A stretch of DNA of 63,192 nt, counting the filler. It is 11 parts of 11 records of this genome, joined end to end, with 100 filler letters (N's around TTAATTAATTAA, not from the genome) between each part and the next. Parts side by side here need not be neighbours in the genome. Positions count along the whole stretch, not along the records: positions 1 to 3,574 come from SRR7504441_6914; positions 3,675 to 8,411 come from SRR7504441_6915; positions 8,512 to 13,048 come from SRR7504441_6917; 8 more parts are not named here. The stretch is one strand, 5' to 3'. A program made the position numbers and the translations under genes. This document shows positions 1-11,305 of this stretch, in pieces (position 1 is the stretch's first letter; each line of letters starts with the position of its first letter). The notes below the pieces were generated by a model. It was not told where the DNA came from, did no database searches, and saw only the letters and a program-made list of their open reading frames with translations.

Positions 1-135
1 TCTTGATAACTGCTAGGTACTTTGTCGTCAGTGCACGTGACCGTACATGTAGATTCAGACATCTGACCACCCAGGCATCGACAGTAACGAAATCTAGCCC
101 AATGCTTGCGGGTGCGTCCCTCGGGCCTCGAATCG

Positions 136-816
136 ATGACGCGGGTGCTCGTGGTGTTCGGCTCGGAGACTGGGACCGCCGAAGATGCGGCCAAGGCAAT
201 GGCCAAGAGCCTCGCGGCACGCGACGACGGCCGGTACGAGATCGTTGACGTTGTGGAGGGCAACTCAGTAGGTGCCCTCGCCGGGCTCAACCGCCGATGC
301 GATGTGCTCCTGGTCACCACCTCCAGCTTTGGGGATGGCGACCCGCCCGGCAATTTCGGGCTGTTCGTGGCTAGTCTACTCAAGGCCTCGCAGGCCGGGA
401 CAAAACCGCTAGCCGGGCTGCAGCACGCGGTGGCTGGGTTCGGATCCACGGAGTACGAGACTTTTCAGAATTGCCCCCGGCTCACAGACAAGTATCTTGG
501 GGAGTGCGGATCGCGCCGATTCGTCCGACGGGCCGAGCTCGATTCGGTGGACGATTCTACGCAGGGACAGCTGGAAACCTTTGAGGCGGCGGTGGTGGCC
601 GGGCTGCAGGCGGGGCCAGAGCAGGCGGGAAAGAAGCCGGTGTGCGACTGGGCGGAGCCCAAAAGCCAGATCTACGAGAAGACCCGGGAGGAGCTGTTGC
701 TTTCTAGCGACGGGCCCGGTAATGCGAATGGGTTAGCACTTATGGGAATGGGTGCGCTGATAGTTCTGTTCGGGGCGCTGATCTACCACCTTAGAGGCGC
801 CGGTACCACTTCGTAG
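136..816 (+). CDS. Stand-alone flavodoxin-like (CPR-type FMN-binding) protein with C-terminal transmembrane helix
   Basis: FMN-loop motifs VFGSETGTAE, TSSFGDGDPP and AGFGSTEYETF. Hydrophobic tail LALMGMGALIVLFGALIY just before the stop. Intronless; first in-frame ATG at 136. Confidence 0.85.
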   Translation: MTRVLVVFGSETGTAEDAAKAMAKSLAARDDGRYEIVDVVEGNSVGALAGLNRRCDVLLVTTSSFGDGDPPGNFGLFVASLLKASQAGTKPLAGLQHAVAGFGSTEYETFQNCPRLTDKYLGECGSRRFVRRAELDSVDDSTQGQLETFEAAVVAGLQAGPEQAGKKPVCDWAEPKSQIYEKTREELLLSSDGPGNANGLALMGMGALIVLFGALIYHLRGAGTTS

Positions 817-1032
817 CAAGCTGCAAAGACTCCCCCCTCGAAGAGACTGATACCGCAGGACTGTTCAAACACTCAAGTACTCATTAATCACCATCATGAT
901 GCAATTATTTCGTACCAACCTCCATGAAGTTATTGGAACCACATAACCGCCGCGCCTAAGTTCCCTAGCCTAGAGAATAAACCCTCTAGGTCTTCCACGT
1001 TTGCTCATATAATGCAGACTAGGGGACTCGGC

Positions 1033-1064
1033 CTCAACCTATACTCAACCTATACTCAACCTAT
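1033..1064. repeat. Short tandem repeat (CTCAACCTATA) x ~3
   Basis: Read directly in the AT-rich intergenic DNA. Confidence 0.9.
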
Positions 1065-1156
1065 CCATTGAATGACTAAATTAATTACAAGTAAAAATAG
1101 TCCTTATGAGCGATTGCCGTTAGAATCTGCCACGGGTGCGTGGGAAGCCCTCGGGA

Positions 1157-3514
1157 ATGGCCGACAGCGCTGGGCTGTTCGAGTGGGCCCCGGGCTGGGA
1201 GATTCGGACTAAGCGCGGGCCCATTCTCAAAACGTCGCGCACCTCCACCGCCGAGTACTCGAATGCGCGGTGGACCCAAGAGTGACCCGCACCCCGCTGC
1301 CCCGGGCTGACCCGACGGCGCAGGCTCGGCCTGACCCGTTTCGCCAACCAAGAGCTGCCGATCGTCTACGGCGGGAACAGGTTAGCACCGCCTTCCTAAT
1401 AGGGAAACGATCTGTTAACACAGCCTGGAGCTCCGGCACCGGCCCAGCGGAGTCAAGCTCAGCTTCTGCGCCCTGGAAGCACTCCGCCAGTGGGCGTTCC
1501 TCGGCCTACGCCCGGTGCCGCACTTAGCCGACCGCGCGCCATGCGAGTGGGACTATACGTTCACCAGTGACTACGCCGGAGCCATCACGGTGGCCGCGCT
1601 CGGGGCTGGAGTGCCAGCTAGGCCGGACCGCTCCTCGCTGATCAAGCGGCCGGCGCTGGACTTGGCGAGTGGGGGAGCCAGGTAACGGCATTATAGCAGC
1701 ATTCTGACAGCGGGGCCAGGCTACGACCGCCGCTGTGCAAGTGTAAGCTGGTCCGGCCACTGCTGCCGGCCAGCAGCACAGAGCCCGAGCCCCACACCGC
1801 GAGCTATTGTGCAGCCAGCGCAGCCATTCCACCCAAATGGCGCCGCAGTGGGAGACGATTCGACATGAACCGGCTGTTGGAGCGCGAGCCGAGTGTGTTC
1901 TGCGAGCAAGTTCCGTTGTGGGTGGACAACCAGGACCCTTTCTCGTTCTCGAGCCTGTCTGTGAAGGTGTGTGCGACCGAGAGCTTCTGGGCAGTTTGCC
2001 TGCGCTGCTTTGTGAGAGTGAACGGTGTGATGGCTCGAGTGATCAACACGAGGCTTGTTTGTGAGGCCAGTGCCGGGGCTGCGCTGGTGCTACGCGAGCG
2101 GTCCTGGCAGGAGGGTGATTGGGCTCAGCTGACCGACGAGCACGCTGCCTGTCATGTCGATCTGCACGGCATGGCTGATCACGTGGCGTGCGAGAAGCTG
2201 AAGCACCGGCACCGGCCGATCACAGAGGAACTCGTGCTACCAATGCACGCCGTGCCTCAACGGACATTGACCAGCTTGCCGTTGGCGTGGCAGCTTGAGT
2301 TGGACAATTCGCTCTGGGCGAGAGCAGCTGGAGGCGTGGTCATACTCAGCCTGAGAGAAGGCCGACTAGTCAGGGCAGTCCGGCTTGTCGACGGGCTGAC
2401 CGCCTGGGAGGTACAACCAGCCCCTGAGCTGGGCTGCGTCGTAGGAGCTGCAGTCTCAGCCGACGCGAGCAGAATCGCTCTGGGTGGCGACCGTGGGCTG
2501 GCGGAGGTCTGGCTGGCAAGCACCGGTGAGCGCTTGTACCGGTTCCGTGCCGTCTCCGACAGCAACAGCAGGGTTTCAGCCAACAGGAGGGCTGTCGGCT
2601 GCTGGGTGGACCAGCTCAGCTGGAGCGGTAATGGCCAGTGGCTGGCAGCAGCTGCTGGGAGGGACGTCACTGTGGTGTATGGCCAGTCTGGCGAGCCATG
2701 TTGCCAGTCAACGCAACCCGGCGCAGTTTACGCGCTGGCACACTGTCACTCGGTTTCTGTCGCGAGCAGCGAGCAGCCTCGGCTGGCAGCCGCAGTGTAC
2801 GGCGGGGTGACCTGGTGCGTGCCCGACGGCGCTTCGCCTGGGTTGGAGATCGGGGCCACTGCTGTGCTCAGCATGTGCTTATCCCACGACGGGGAGCGGC
2901 TGGCCGTGGGCTGCATGGATAGTCGAGCGCGCGTATACGAGTTGCGGGAGGAGGCAGCTGTTGACTGGAATGGGTTCACGGGGCCGGTCAAGCAGGTGGC
3001 TTGGAGCTTGACAAGCCGTTGGCTGGCGGCAATCGGGGGAAGCTCGCTACTTGTGGCTAGCCAAACGCTGCGGCCAGGCGAGCCACCCACGCTGTGCGTA
3101 CTGCCGCTGCGGCCCACCAGCGCCGAGTTCGGATCGATCGGCTGGAGCGGCGTCTCTGAGCGGCTTCTGGGCGCAATTGCCAGCCGGAGCGTCTCTGTGT
3201 ATTTGTACGACGTGGCTGCTGTGGATGGCTCGGTGCCCCGTCGGGCCGCCCCGATCCGGATTGTGGACTTAGCCTCACAGAGCGCGTCGGCTCTCAACGA
3301 GCTTGCTTTCACGAGGCATGCCAGCTGTGCAAATGAGCGGCTGGTTGTGCTCTGCGGCAGCACGCTTTCTGTAATCGAGATTGAGCCGTTGGGAGAAGAG
3401 GTGCAACTCGATGATGGCGATGGCGATAGTCTGCTGCATGGTGATGAATTCGAAACGGATTGTGATTCAGATGGCTCGGAGGCTCAACTGGTAGCATGGG
3501 ATGATGTGGATTAA
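1157..3514 (+). CDS. TIP41/TIPRL-like domain fused to a WD40 beta-propeller
   Basis: GT-AG introns at 1282-1323, 1381-1423 and 1682-1719 join ATG 1157 in frame to ORF 1865-3514. TIP41-like motifs: GWEIRTKRGPIL, WDYTFTSDYAG, LSVKV...LRCFVRVNGVMARVINTR, VLRERSW. WD repeats follow (WVDQLSWS, GFTGPVKQVAWS), then an acidic tail. Confidence 0.75.
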
Positions 3515-3574
3515 TTTCCAATTTTGATGTACGGTACACTAGCCGCCAGGTGGTTTCTGCGCTGGTTCAGGCAG

Positions 3575-3674
3575 NNNNNNNNNNNNNNNNNNNNNNNNNN
3601 NNNNNNNNNNNNNNNNNNTTAATTAATTAANNNNNNNNNNNNNNNNNNNNNNNNNNNNNNNNNNNNNNNNNNNN
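3575..3674. other. Artificial contig linker; identical copies at 8412-8511, 13049-13148, 19271-19370, 26069-26168, 33805-33904, 41086-41185, 48368-48467, 51646-51745, 59775-59874
   Basis: 44 N + TTAATTAATTAA (stops in all six frames) + 44 N, repeated ten times. Confidence 0.98.
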
Positions 3675-3939
3675 AGGGGCGCCAACGGTGTGTGAGTTTA
3701 GCTCGGCATTTAATTAATATCTACACCTAGGCCTCTGGACGTCAACTGCAGGTTCATCAGGTTGCCGTACTTCAGAGTACCTCATTGAACCTCATGAATT
3801 GGACATTCATACGAATGATTTATGATTCTGTCGCGGTGATAATGATAATCTACAGGTGCTAGTAAGGTGCTAGCCGATTCATGCCGATCGAATCACACGA
3901 TTTTCACGATTTCATGCATTGAATGACATCTTTTTATTA

Positions 3940-6900
3940 TTATTTGGCTATACGAATCGTGCCATTGTCACACCCGATAGCTAGTAAGCTGTGATACGGC
4001 AGTATGGCCAAGCTATGTATCGACGACTTCACTGATAGCCGCTCTCCTAGCATGTGAACTGGTACTATGTGGGCTGCTTGAGAAACCGAACCATTCGAAA
4101 CATCAATGAGCCCAATACTTGTCTTAGATGCACAGAAGATCGTGGACTCAGACAGGACAGCATCGGAGATCCCAGACTCAAAGCCTGCTATGCTGCTTTG
4201 AAGATGCTGGTACTGATTGTCTACCGACCATAGGCACACACATGCATCACGCTCTGCTGAGGTCGAAAACACCAAGTCGTTCCCGACAGTCACCAAGCTG
4301 GACACACTGCCGGCGTGAGCCTTTTTAATGGTCTTGAGCAGCCCGAAGCGCTGATCGAGAAAGGCGACATGCCCACTTGTGGTGCCTGCCACCACTAGAT
4401 GTTCCGAATCTGGAGACTGGAGGCCCAGCGATGCTACTGCGCCTAACGCACTCAAGCTCTTGCAAAGCTTCCACTGGCATACACTTTGCCCGACCCGAAG
4501 GTCAAGAGTCTGTATGGTGCAGTCCGAGGTGCCAAGGAGCAAGGTGCTCGGGCAGATCCGTTGCAGACATTGCACCTGCATCCGCGATTTGGTGCTTTCG
4601 AGCGTGACTTGGGTGGTCTGGGCGTCCCAGACGTGGACTGTGTGGTCGCAAGAAGCTACTTTGTTCTCATCCATCATCGTCAAGTCAATTACTGGTTCCG
4701 TGTGTGCAGCGTATGATTGTATGCACATCATTCGAGGGATCGACCAAATCCGTACAACCCCTCCTTTGGCCGCCGAGCCACCACTCAGAAGCAGTTCCTG
4801 GCCGTGATGGCTGACGCACAGCGACCTGACTCCGTTCCCGCTGGTCTCGTGCGCCTTAAAAGAGTTGATGGCATTTCCCTCAAAAGACCAGGTAGTGCTG
4901 GTCCTGGCAGGTTCGACCCAATGCAGTGGTATGCTGTCCATGAAAGACACGGCCACCTCGCTATCAAACGAAGGCTTGCCCTGGCGCGAGTGGCCCTCAT
5001 CATCTGCCTTGTCAGAAAGTTTGAGGAAATGCGGCATCATAACCCGAGTGACAAACACCGATGTCCCTGCACTCATTGCATGGCACATGTCACGCTGTCC
5101 GATGACCTCGGCAAGAGGGCAGTACAGGTCCCGCCATAGGTAATTTAGCAGCTTTTCCTCATCCTCGTTCGATTCCTCTAGCTGTTCCTCCTCCGCTTCT
5201 GCCTCCGTCTCCGCTTGCGCCTCCGTCTCCGCTTCTGCCTCCGCCTCGGCTTCCGCCTCCGCCTCTTTAGCAGCTAGATTGCCCTCTTTGAGCCGCCCGC
5301 CAAGATGATGGAAGAGCTGGTGCATGTAGTGCATCACGTGCTTCCTCATGTTAGGTGCACCGATTCGTTGGCATAGCCGGACTATTGCCTCAATCAGCAG
5401 AGGCACCACTGCCAACGATACTGTGTCAGCTAGCGCCATTCGGAATATTGGGTTAGACCCAATGATGAGGTGCTCCAGCGCCGTGGACTCCGAGAGAACA
5501 TCGCGCACCAGGCCACTCAACACTTGGAGCACTGCGGCGTAGAGCTCTGTCTGGCTCTGCTGGTATGAGTGGTTCCAGGGCCGTATCATGTGCAACATCT
5601 TTGGAAGCACACATTTAGCACAGACAGATTCTCCAAGCCGGATGCACACCAACACCGTGGCGCGGACTACCAGTTCGCAATTCTGCTTGCCAAGCTGCCG
5701 CAACAAAGGCGGCAGAATCCCACTCAGCGCAAGAGCCGGCCCCGGGCTGTATGTGATCAGCACTATGCCTTGTAGCGCCTGCTTTGCAGCTTCGTCCTCT
5801 TTATGCCGCAGTGTCTCGGCAACAAGCCCGAAGATGTGCTGAAGAAAGGAAGTGTGCCCAAGCCTCTCGAGCATCACCTGGAGGAATTCGAGCCGGACAA
5901 GGAATCTTCGAGTTTCGCTGCTGCCACTCTGAAACAAAGCCTGCACCGGCTGCCTCAAGTGCTTCTGAGTGAGCTCTTGACCTAGCTTGGCTGCGACAGA
6001 GTCGAACAGCCGGAGGGCCTCTATTTGTACTTGCTGGTTTTGAAGCAGCGATAAGTAAAGTGGAAGCACCAACAGGAAGCAATCCGTCCGCCTGATGGCC
6101 ACCAGCCCTGGCATTGCCTCACGTAGCATTTTCATCTGGTGAGGTGGCGCCCCAGAGGCCACACTCACCAACACCGAGTGCACTAAGCCCAATTCCTGTG
6201 GGAACACGGCGCTGCAGCTCAGCTCGGCCATAGTTGGCCTGTCTGCTGGATCAGGCCTGAGCATCTGCTCGACAAGCACCCTCAGATCCGGAGGAAGCAT
6301 CGTGAGCTCCCGTTCCCAGCTCCGCTTCTCCGTGCCACTCAGGTAGCGCTCGAGCTCCCCCCTGGACTTGAACAAAGCTGGGCCATCTGGGCTGTAAATT
6401 TTAGCCAGGATGCACCCGAGAGCAAAGCAGTCGTCTGCCGCGGTTCCCTCCCCGCCCGCAGGCCCGTAGCAGCCCCAGCATTCGCGGAAGTGCTGGGCAA
6501 ATTGCAGCTCAAGTTCCATTGTGTGCAGAGAGGGGGTGCAGCCAACTGCCCTCTGAGGGTGCGGGATAGAAAACAATTGTACAATGCCTCTCTCGTGCGG
6601 CATCGAGCCGTCACTCGAGAGAACCACATTCTTTCGCTCAATGGCTGCTTGCCCAGACAGCCCAGCCTGTGAGCAGCAAGGGGTCAGCTGAGCGGCGTGC
6701 GGAGAGTCACCCCAAACGTTAAATCTATCCAGTGGTGCAGCTGCTCCGACACAGCCGCACTCTCCAGCGCTGCCCGGTGCATCTCCACAAACCGCTCTGG
6801 CGTGCCAGCCCACTCTGGCACCTGCCAACCACTGTCTTAACAGCCGATCGAGCCGCACTGGGCGCCTTCAGGTGAGCCAGCCCATCCGCTGTGTGCAGGC

Positions 6901-8411
6901 TCTCGAATATGCTCGGGTCGCAGTAAAAGGCGGCCACCTGCGCGTGGCGCTCGAGCGGCTCCAGCTACAGGCCGGGCACCGCCTCGTCTGGCGTCCACTC
7001 GTAGAGTCGTTCCATCGAAGCTGGGTACTCGTTCGGCTCAAAGTTGGATCTGGCCCGCCAAGCTCGCTAGCTAGTCGGGCGCCGACCGCACCGTACGATC
7101 CGGCACAAGTCTTGCTTCCTAGCCCGACGCGCCAGGTAGATGGTAAAGGTGACCTCGGACAGGTGGTCAGTGATGTGGTGAGGCGAGGCTGAGCTGAAGG
7201 TGAAATCGAGGTGCTGATCACCTGAGCTCCCTATTCCGAGCTGCAGCGCGCAGAGCCGCACCTTTAGTGAGCCGGTACTTGCTCCTGTAGAGGTCTCTCC
7301 ACCCGGCCCAGCCGTGATTGTTGAGCTCCGGGGCGCTCTTAAAGTCCATCACCCACGGGAAGACTGGCTGCATCTGCGGGTCCTCGATTCGGCGGCCGCA
7401 CATGTTATTGAGTAGCATCAGGTAGTCGAAGTTAGACATCTCGCCTCGGATCCACCGGAGCGGCGCCTCGCTGACCAGCTCGCACTCTGCTGGGCACCGA
7501 GCGTGTGCCCGGCCTGGCAGGGAGAGCAGCACTGGCAAGGGCAATTCCGGGCTGGTGTGGATGTTGTGGGGCGACAGGCTGCCGTGCGCCACTCCGTGCT
7601 GGTGGATCCGGCCGAGAGAGGCGACCAGCTGGAGCAGCACAAACCGTCGACAAAGGTCGCACGCAATCTGCCCCGGCTGGTGAGCTCTGGGCTGCTCACA
7701 GACGATACCATCTTAGGCAGCGGCCTGAACGCCGTGAAAAGCGTCTTCAGCTCAGCTGCTGGCGAGACGCTCAGCTGCCCACACGTGCTCACCGGCAGCC
7801 GGCCGGGTGGGCACCACGTATAGTGCCTGCTGCCACCGAATCAGGGCGAGGATCCGGCCAGTCGAGGCAGTCTCAGCACTGATTAGTTGCTTGAGCAGCC
7901 CCGGTGAGATCGGCTCATCAGACAGGTGGTCATGCACTGGCAGCGTCCGCCCCGCAAACCGCTCGAGCTGCTGGATAACCGACACCTGCCCCGGCTCGAG
8001 GCTTCGACGCAGCCAACGGCTCGCCTCCCCGCTCGGGGCCGGCTCCAGGGCTGATGGGAGCTGTCCCCACCGGTGGGCACGGGCTGCTGAGGGCGGTGCA
8101 CCAGCGGGGCGTGCTCGCGATGGCCGGCGCCCCCGAGGAACTCGTGGAGTGCCGCCACGTGCCGCCAGCCGGGCTGCGGATGCGCCCCCGGCAGCTGCTG
8201 GCCGGCCTCCGGCAACACAGTCACCAGCAGCTGGCGGGCCGGCTGGTCGGCCAGCTGTGGGTCCGAGTCAGCCGCCGATCGGCCAGCCCGGGCGCCACCT
8301 CGCACCGAGCGCAGTCGGCGGTGTCGGGCGCGCCGGCGGTGTACAGTGGCACGCAGTTGAACAGCCCCCGGCCGAACTGCGCCGGGCCCCGGTGAGCGGG
8401 CGAGCGAGGGG
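3940..8411 (-). CDS. WDR81: WDR81-like BEACH / pseudokinase / HEAT / WD40 protein, 5' truncated, multi-exon
   Basis: After removing ~40-nt GT-AG introns: [21 protein letters not shown]...[45 protein letters not shown]...[10 protein letters not shown]. These are followed by a kinase-like C-lobe ([17 protein letters not shown]), helical repeats, a Glu/Ala-rich tract and C-terminal WD40 repeats. Confidence 0.88.
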
Positions 8412-8783
8412 NNNNNNNNNNNNNNNNNNNNNNNNNNNNNNNNNNNNNNNNNNNNTTAATTAATTAANNNNNNNNNNNNNNNNNNNNNNNNNNNNNNNNN
8501 NNNNNNNNNNNGGAGTCAAGCTGGCAGCGATGGTACAGACGGCTGAACAGTTTCCAACTGAAGTCCAAGGAGGTCGACGTCGAAGGCGGCTTCAACATTT
8601 TACTGAAACAGCCAAACGTGCTTCTCGCTCATCTCAAGGCCGTGGTGGCCGAGGAAAACGCCATCACCTTCGAGATCGACACCATTGTGGACAAGATCTC
8701 GCTCCAATACCTCGTGAATACCTCCTCAAGGACTTCGGGCCGTATCAAAGTGAGGCGCGGCAACAACAACAACATAACGGAAA

Positions 8784-9887
8784 ATGACGTCTATCGGTGG
8801 AGGTCTCGGCGTGCTGGGGCTGGTGGCGTGTTTGGGGGCGGCGAGCTCGGCGGAGCGGATGGCGGTGGTCTCGTACCTGCCGGAGTGGCGGTACGAGGGC
8901 GCCCACTGGCCGACCATCTCGGCGCACACCAGCCACCTGATCCTGTTCAGCCTGGAGCCGACCCCCGACGGGCGCATCACCGGCAAGGACCGGATCCCCC
9001 GCCCGGAGCTGCTGGCCGAGGCCAAGGCGGCCGCCCAGGCCAGCGGCACCCGGCTGATGCTCTGCTTCGGGGGCAACGGTCGGTCATCCGGCTTCAGCCG
9101 GGCGGTTCGCTCTCCGGAGGCGCGCGGCCGGTTCGTCGGGCTGGTGGCGGGGCTGCTGGCCGAGCTCGGGCTGGACGGAGTGGACTACAACTGGGAGTAC
9201 CCAGGGTACCAGTTCGGCCGGGGCTACTTGCAGGACACAGAAGTGGCCGCCGATTACAAAGGACTGGCCGCGCTTGTAACCGAAACACGGGCGGCGCTCG
9301 GGCCCGGGCCGGCGATCACGCTGGCGTACTACCCGGACGGCCGGCAGGAGCGGCTGCTGCGGGAGCACGGGGTGGACCGGCAGGCCGACCTTCTGCACGC
9401 GATGGCGTACGACGCGCAGGGCGGGCAGCATTCGAGCCTGCAGCTCTTTGAGGCTAGCTTGACCCGGGCGCGCGCTGCCGAGCTCCCGCTGAACAAGGTG
9501 ACAGTGGGTGTGCCCTTCTACGGTCGGTTCGCGCGGACGGGCGACTGGCGGTCGTACGAGGATCTAGTGCAGCGGCACTGGCCTCTGGAGCCGGAGACCG
9601 ACTCTGTCCAAGAGCCCGAGCTCGGTCAGATCGGGTTCAACGGACGGGCCATGATCGAGCGGAAGAGCGCGATGGCCGCGCGGGCCGGGGCGGCCGGGGT
9701 GATGATCTGGGAGGTCGGGCAGGACTGCAGGCTGGAGCCTGTGGTGAGAGCCGGCGCAGTGGCCCACGTGGCGACCTGCCCAGACCCAGAGAGCAGCTTG
9801 CTGCTGGCAGTCACCCGGGGCTGGCAAAGCGCCGGCCGGGAGCTGGACTTGAGGCTAGAGCGGTCAGCAAGCAAGCCCGACCTCTAG
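8784..9887 (+). CDS. Secreted glycoside hydrolase family 18 (chitinase-like)
   Basis: Signal-peptide-like N-terminus, LCFGG, LDGVDYNWEYP, MAYD, GVPFYGR, GVMIWEVGQD. Confidence 0.9.
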   Translation: MTSIGGGLGVLGLVACLGAASSAERMAVVSYLPEWRYEGAHWPTISAHTSHLILFSLEPTPDGRITGKDRIPRPELLAEAKAAAQASGTRLMLCFGGNGRSSGFSRAVRSPEARGRFVGLVAGLLAELGLDGVDYNWEYPGYQFGRGYLQDTEVAADYKGLAALVTETRAALGPGPAITLAYYPDGRQERLLREHGVDRQADLLHAMAYDAQGGQHSSLQLFEASLTRARAAELPLNKVTVGVPFYGRFARTGDWRSYEDLVQRHWPLEPETDSVQEPELGQIGFNGRAMIERKSAMAARAGAAGVMIWEVGQDCRLEPVVRAGAVAHVATCPDPESSLLLAVTRGWQSAGRELDLRLERSASKPDL

Positions 9888-10060
9888 AGCCAAGGGTTTC
9901 AAGCCTTAGGGACTTAAGTAGCTTAGGTCACGGCTAATAATGATCATGATAATGATTAAATCTCTACAAATCTACACATGATGATCATGCAATCATGTTC
10001 TTGACCTCCGCTTCTGTGTCGGTGTGGTTCACACCACAAATGCTGTGGTTCAGATATCGC

Positions 10061-11212
10061 TCAGAGATAGTTGAGTATATCGGGGTGGTACTCCTCCCGT
10101 GGATCTCTCTGTTTCCGCGCTCTGCGGTCCAGCGCGCTGCGCCGGCGGTCGGCCTCGGACAGCTCGAGCAGCCGGCGGTACTTTAGCCCTAAGTAGCGCT
10201 CCAGCTGCTCGATTTCAAACGGTTCGAGCGGCTCTGAGAACACCAGTAGCTCAGCTATCGACCCACTGAACTCATGGCAGCTGCGGTCTAGCCCGATCCG
10301 GTTGACAGTCTTGCCAAAGCGGTGCCCGTGTGACATGCTCTCCTGGCACAGCACCTCGGCGCACTGGAAGGTGGAGACCTTGAACTGGCTCCAGTCAGCG
10401 GTGCTGCAGCTGGCGGCCGGCCGGGCCTGCTGGCCGTTGATCCGGATGCTGCCGTTGTAGGCGTGCGGGGAGACCCAGGCGCCATGCCCGCTGACCACCG
10501 GCACCGGGCCTTTGTTGGCCCCGCACTCGCCGTGGAAGGGGCCTTGCTGCTCACCTGGCTCCGGCTCAACTGGAGCAGCGGCTCACGCACCGCTCAAGAT
10601 GTAGAACTGAGCTACGTGGTCTTGGGCCGTCGACGTGGGCGGATTCAGACGATGGACCGAGACGAGCGTGTGTACTCTCCGGAACTGGGTGGCCGGCCGG
10701 GTCAGCCGGAGGGAGTGCTGGGCATCAACAGACACCACCCGCGCCCCGGCCAGCCGCTCCACCAACGGGGGTGGTGTGCTGCTGTGCCAATGCCGGCCGT
10801 GGATCTTGGACCGCCACTGGTGCGCCCGCAGATCGTGCTGGTGGTTGCCATTCGGGGAGGCCTCGAGTCCGGCGCCGGCTTCTAGCCACATCGCCAGCTT
10901 GGCCCGTAGCTTCCTACCGAGCCAGCCCGGGGAGGCGCGGGCCGCGGCCCGGCCCCAGTGGCAGCTCTCGGCCAGGTTGAGCAGACTCTCCAGCTGCAGC
11001 AGCCGCTCGGCCACGCACGCGACCAGGTTGGGCCCCAGGGCAGCCAGGCTCCCGTCCAGCTCCCTCGGGCCCTCCTCCTCCGAATCGGTGTCCAAGGCCT
11101 CGGGGACGGGCGCGGCCGGCTGGGTCGTGGCGTTGCTGCGGGCGGACCACCGTTGCACCCCAGGCGAGAGGCTGGACCACGTCCTGCCGCACGTTGCGCC
11201 CCGGGTCAGCAT
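10061..11212 (-). CDS. F-box-like motif plus LamG/concanavalin-like beta-sandwich protein (at least 2 exons)
   Basis: LAALGPNLVACVAERL..ESLLNLAESC is F-box-like. LAMWLEAG and GSIAELLVFSEPL...LERYLGLKY resemble LamG-like domain termini. A GT-AG intron near 10555-10590 links the two ORFs. Confidence 0.5.
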
Positions 11213-11305
11213 GCTGTGAGCGGCAAAGTCGAGATAACAACGGCATCAAACTGAAGAAACGGCACTCCCTGCTCGAGGTTGGCCAAAGGTTGGACAGCTC
11301 CCGCC

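Noticed and set aside
956..1025. Telomere-like words (AAACCCT, CCCTAG; TTAGGG at ~9906)
   Set aside because: Isolated single units, not tandem arrays.
5185..5265. Glu-Ala repeat tract as a mobile or regulatory repeat
   Set aside because: In-frame low-complexity linker within WDR81.
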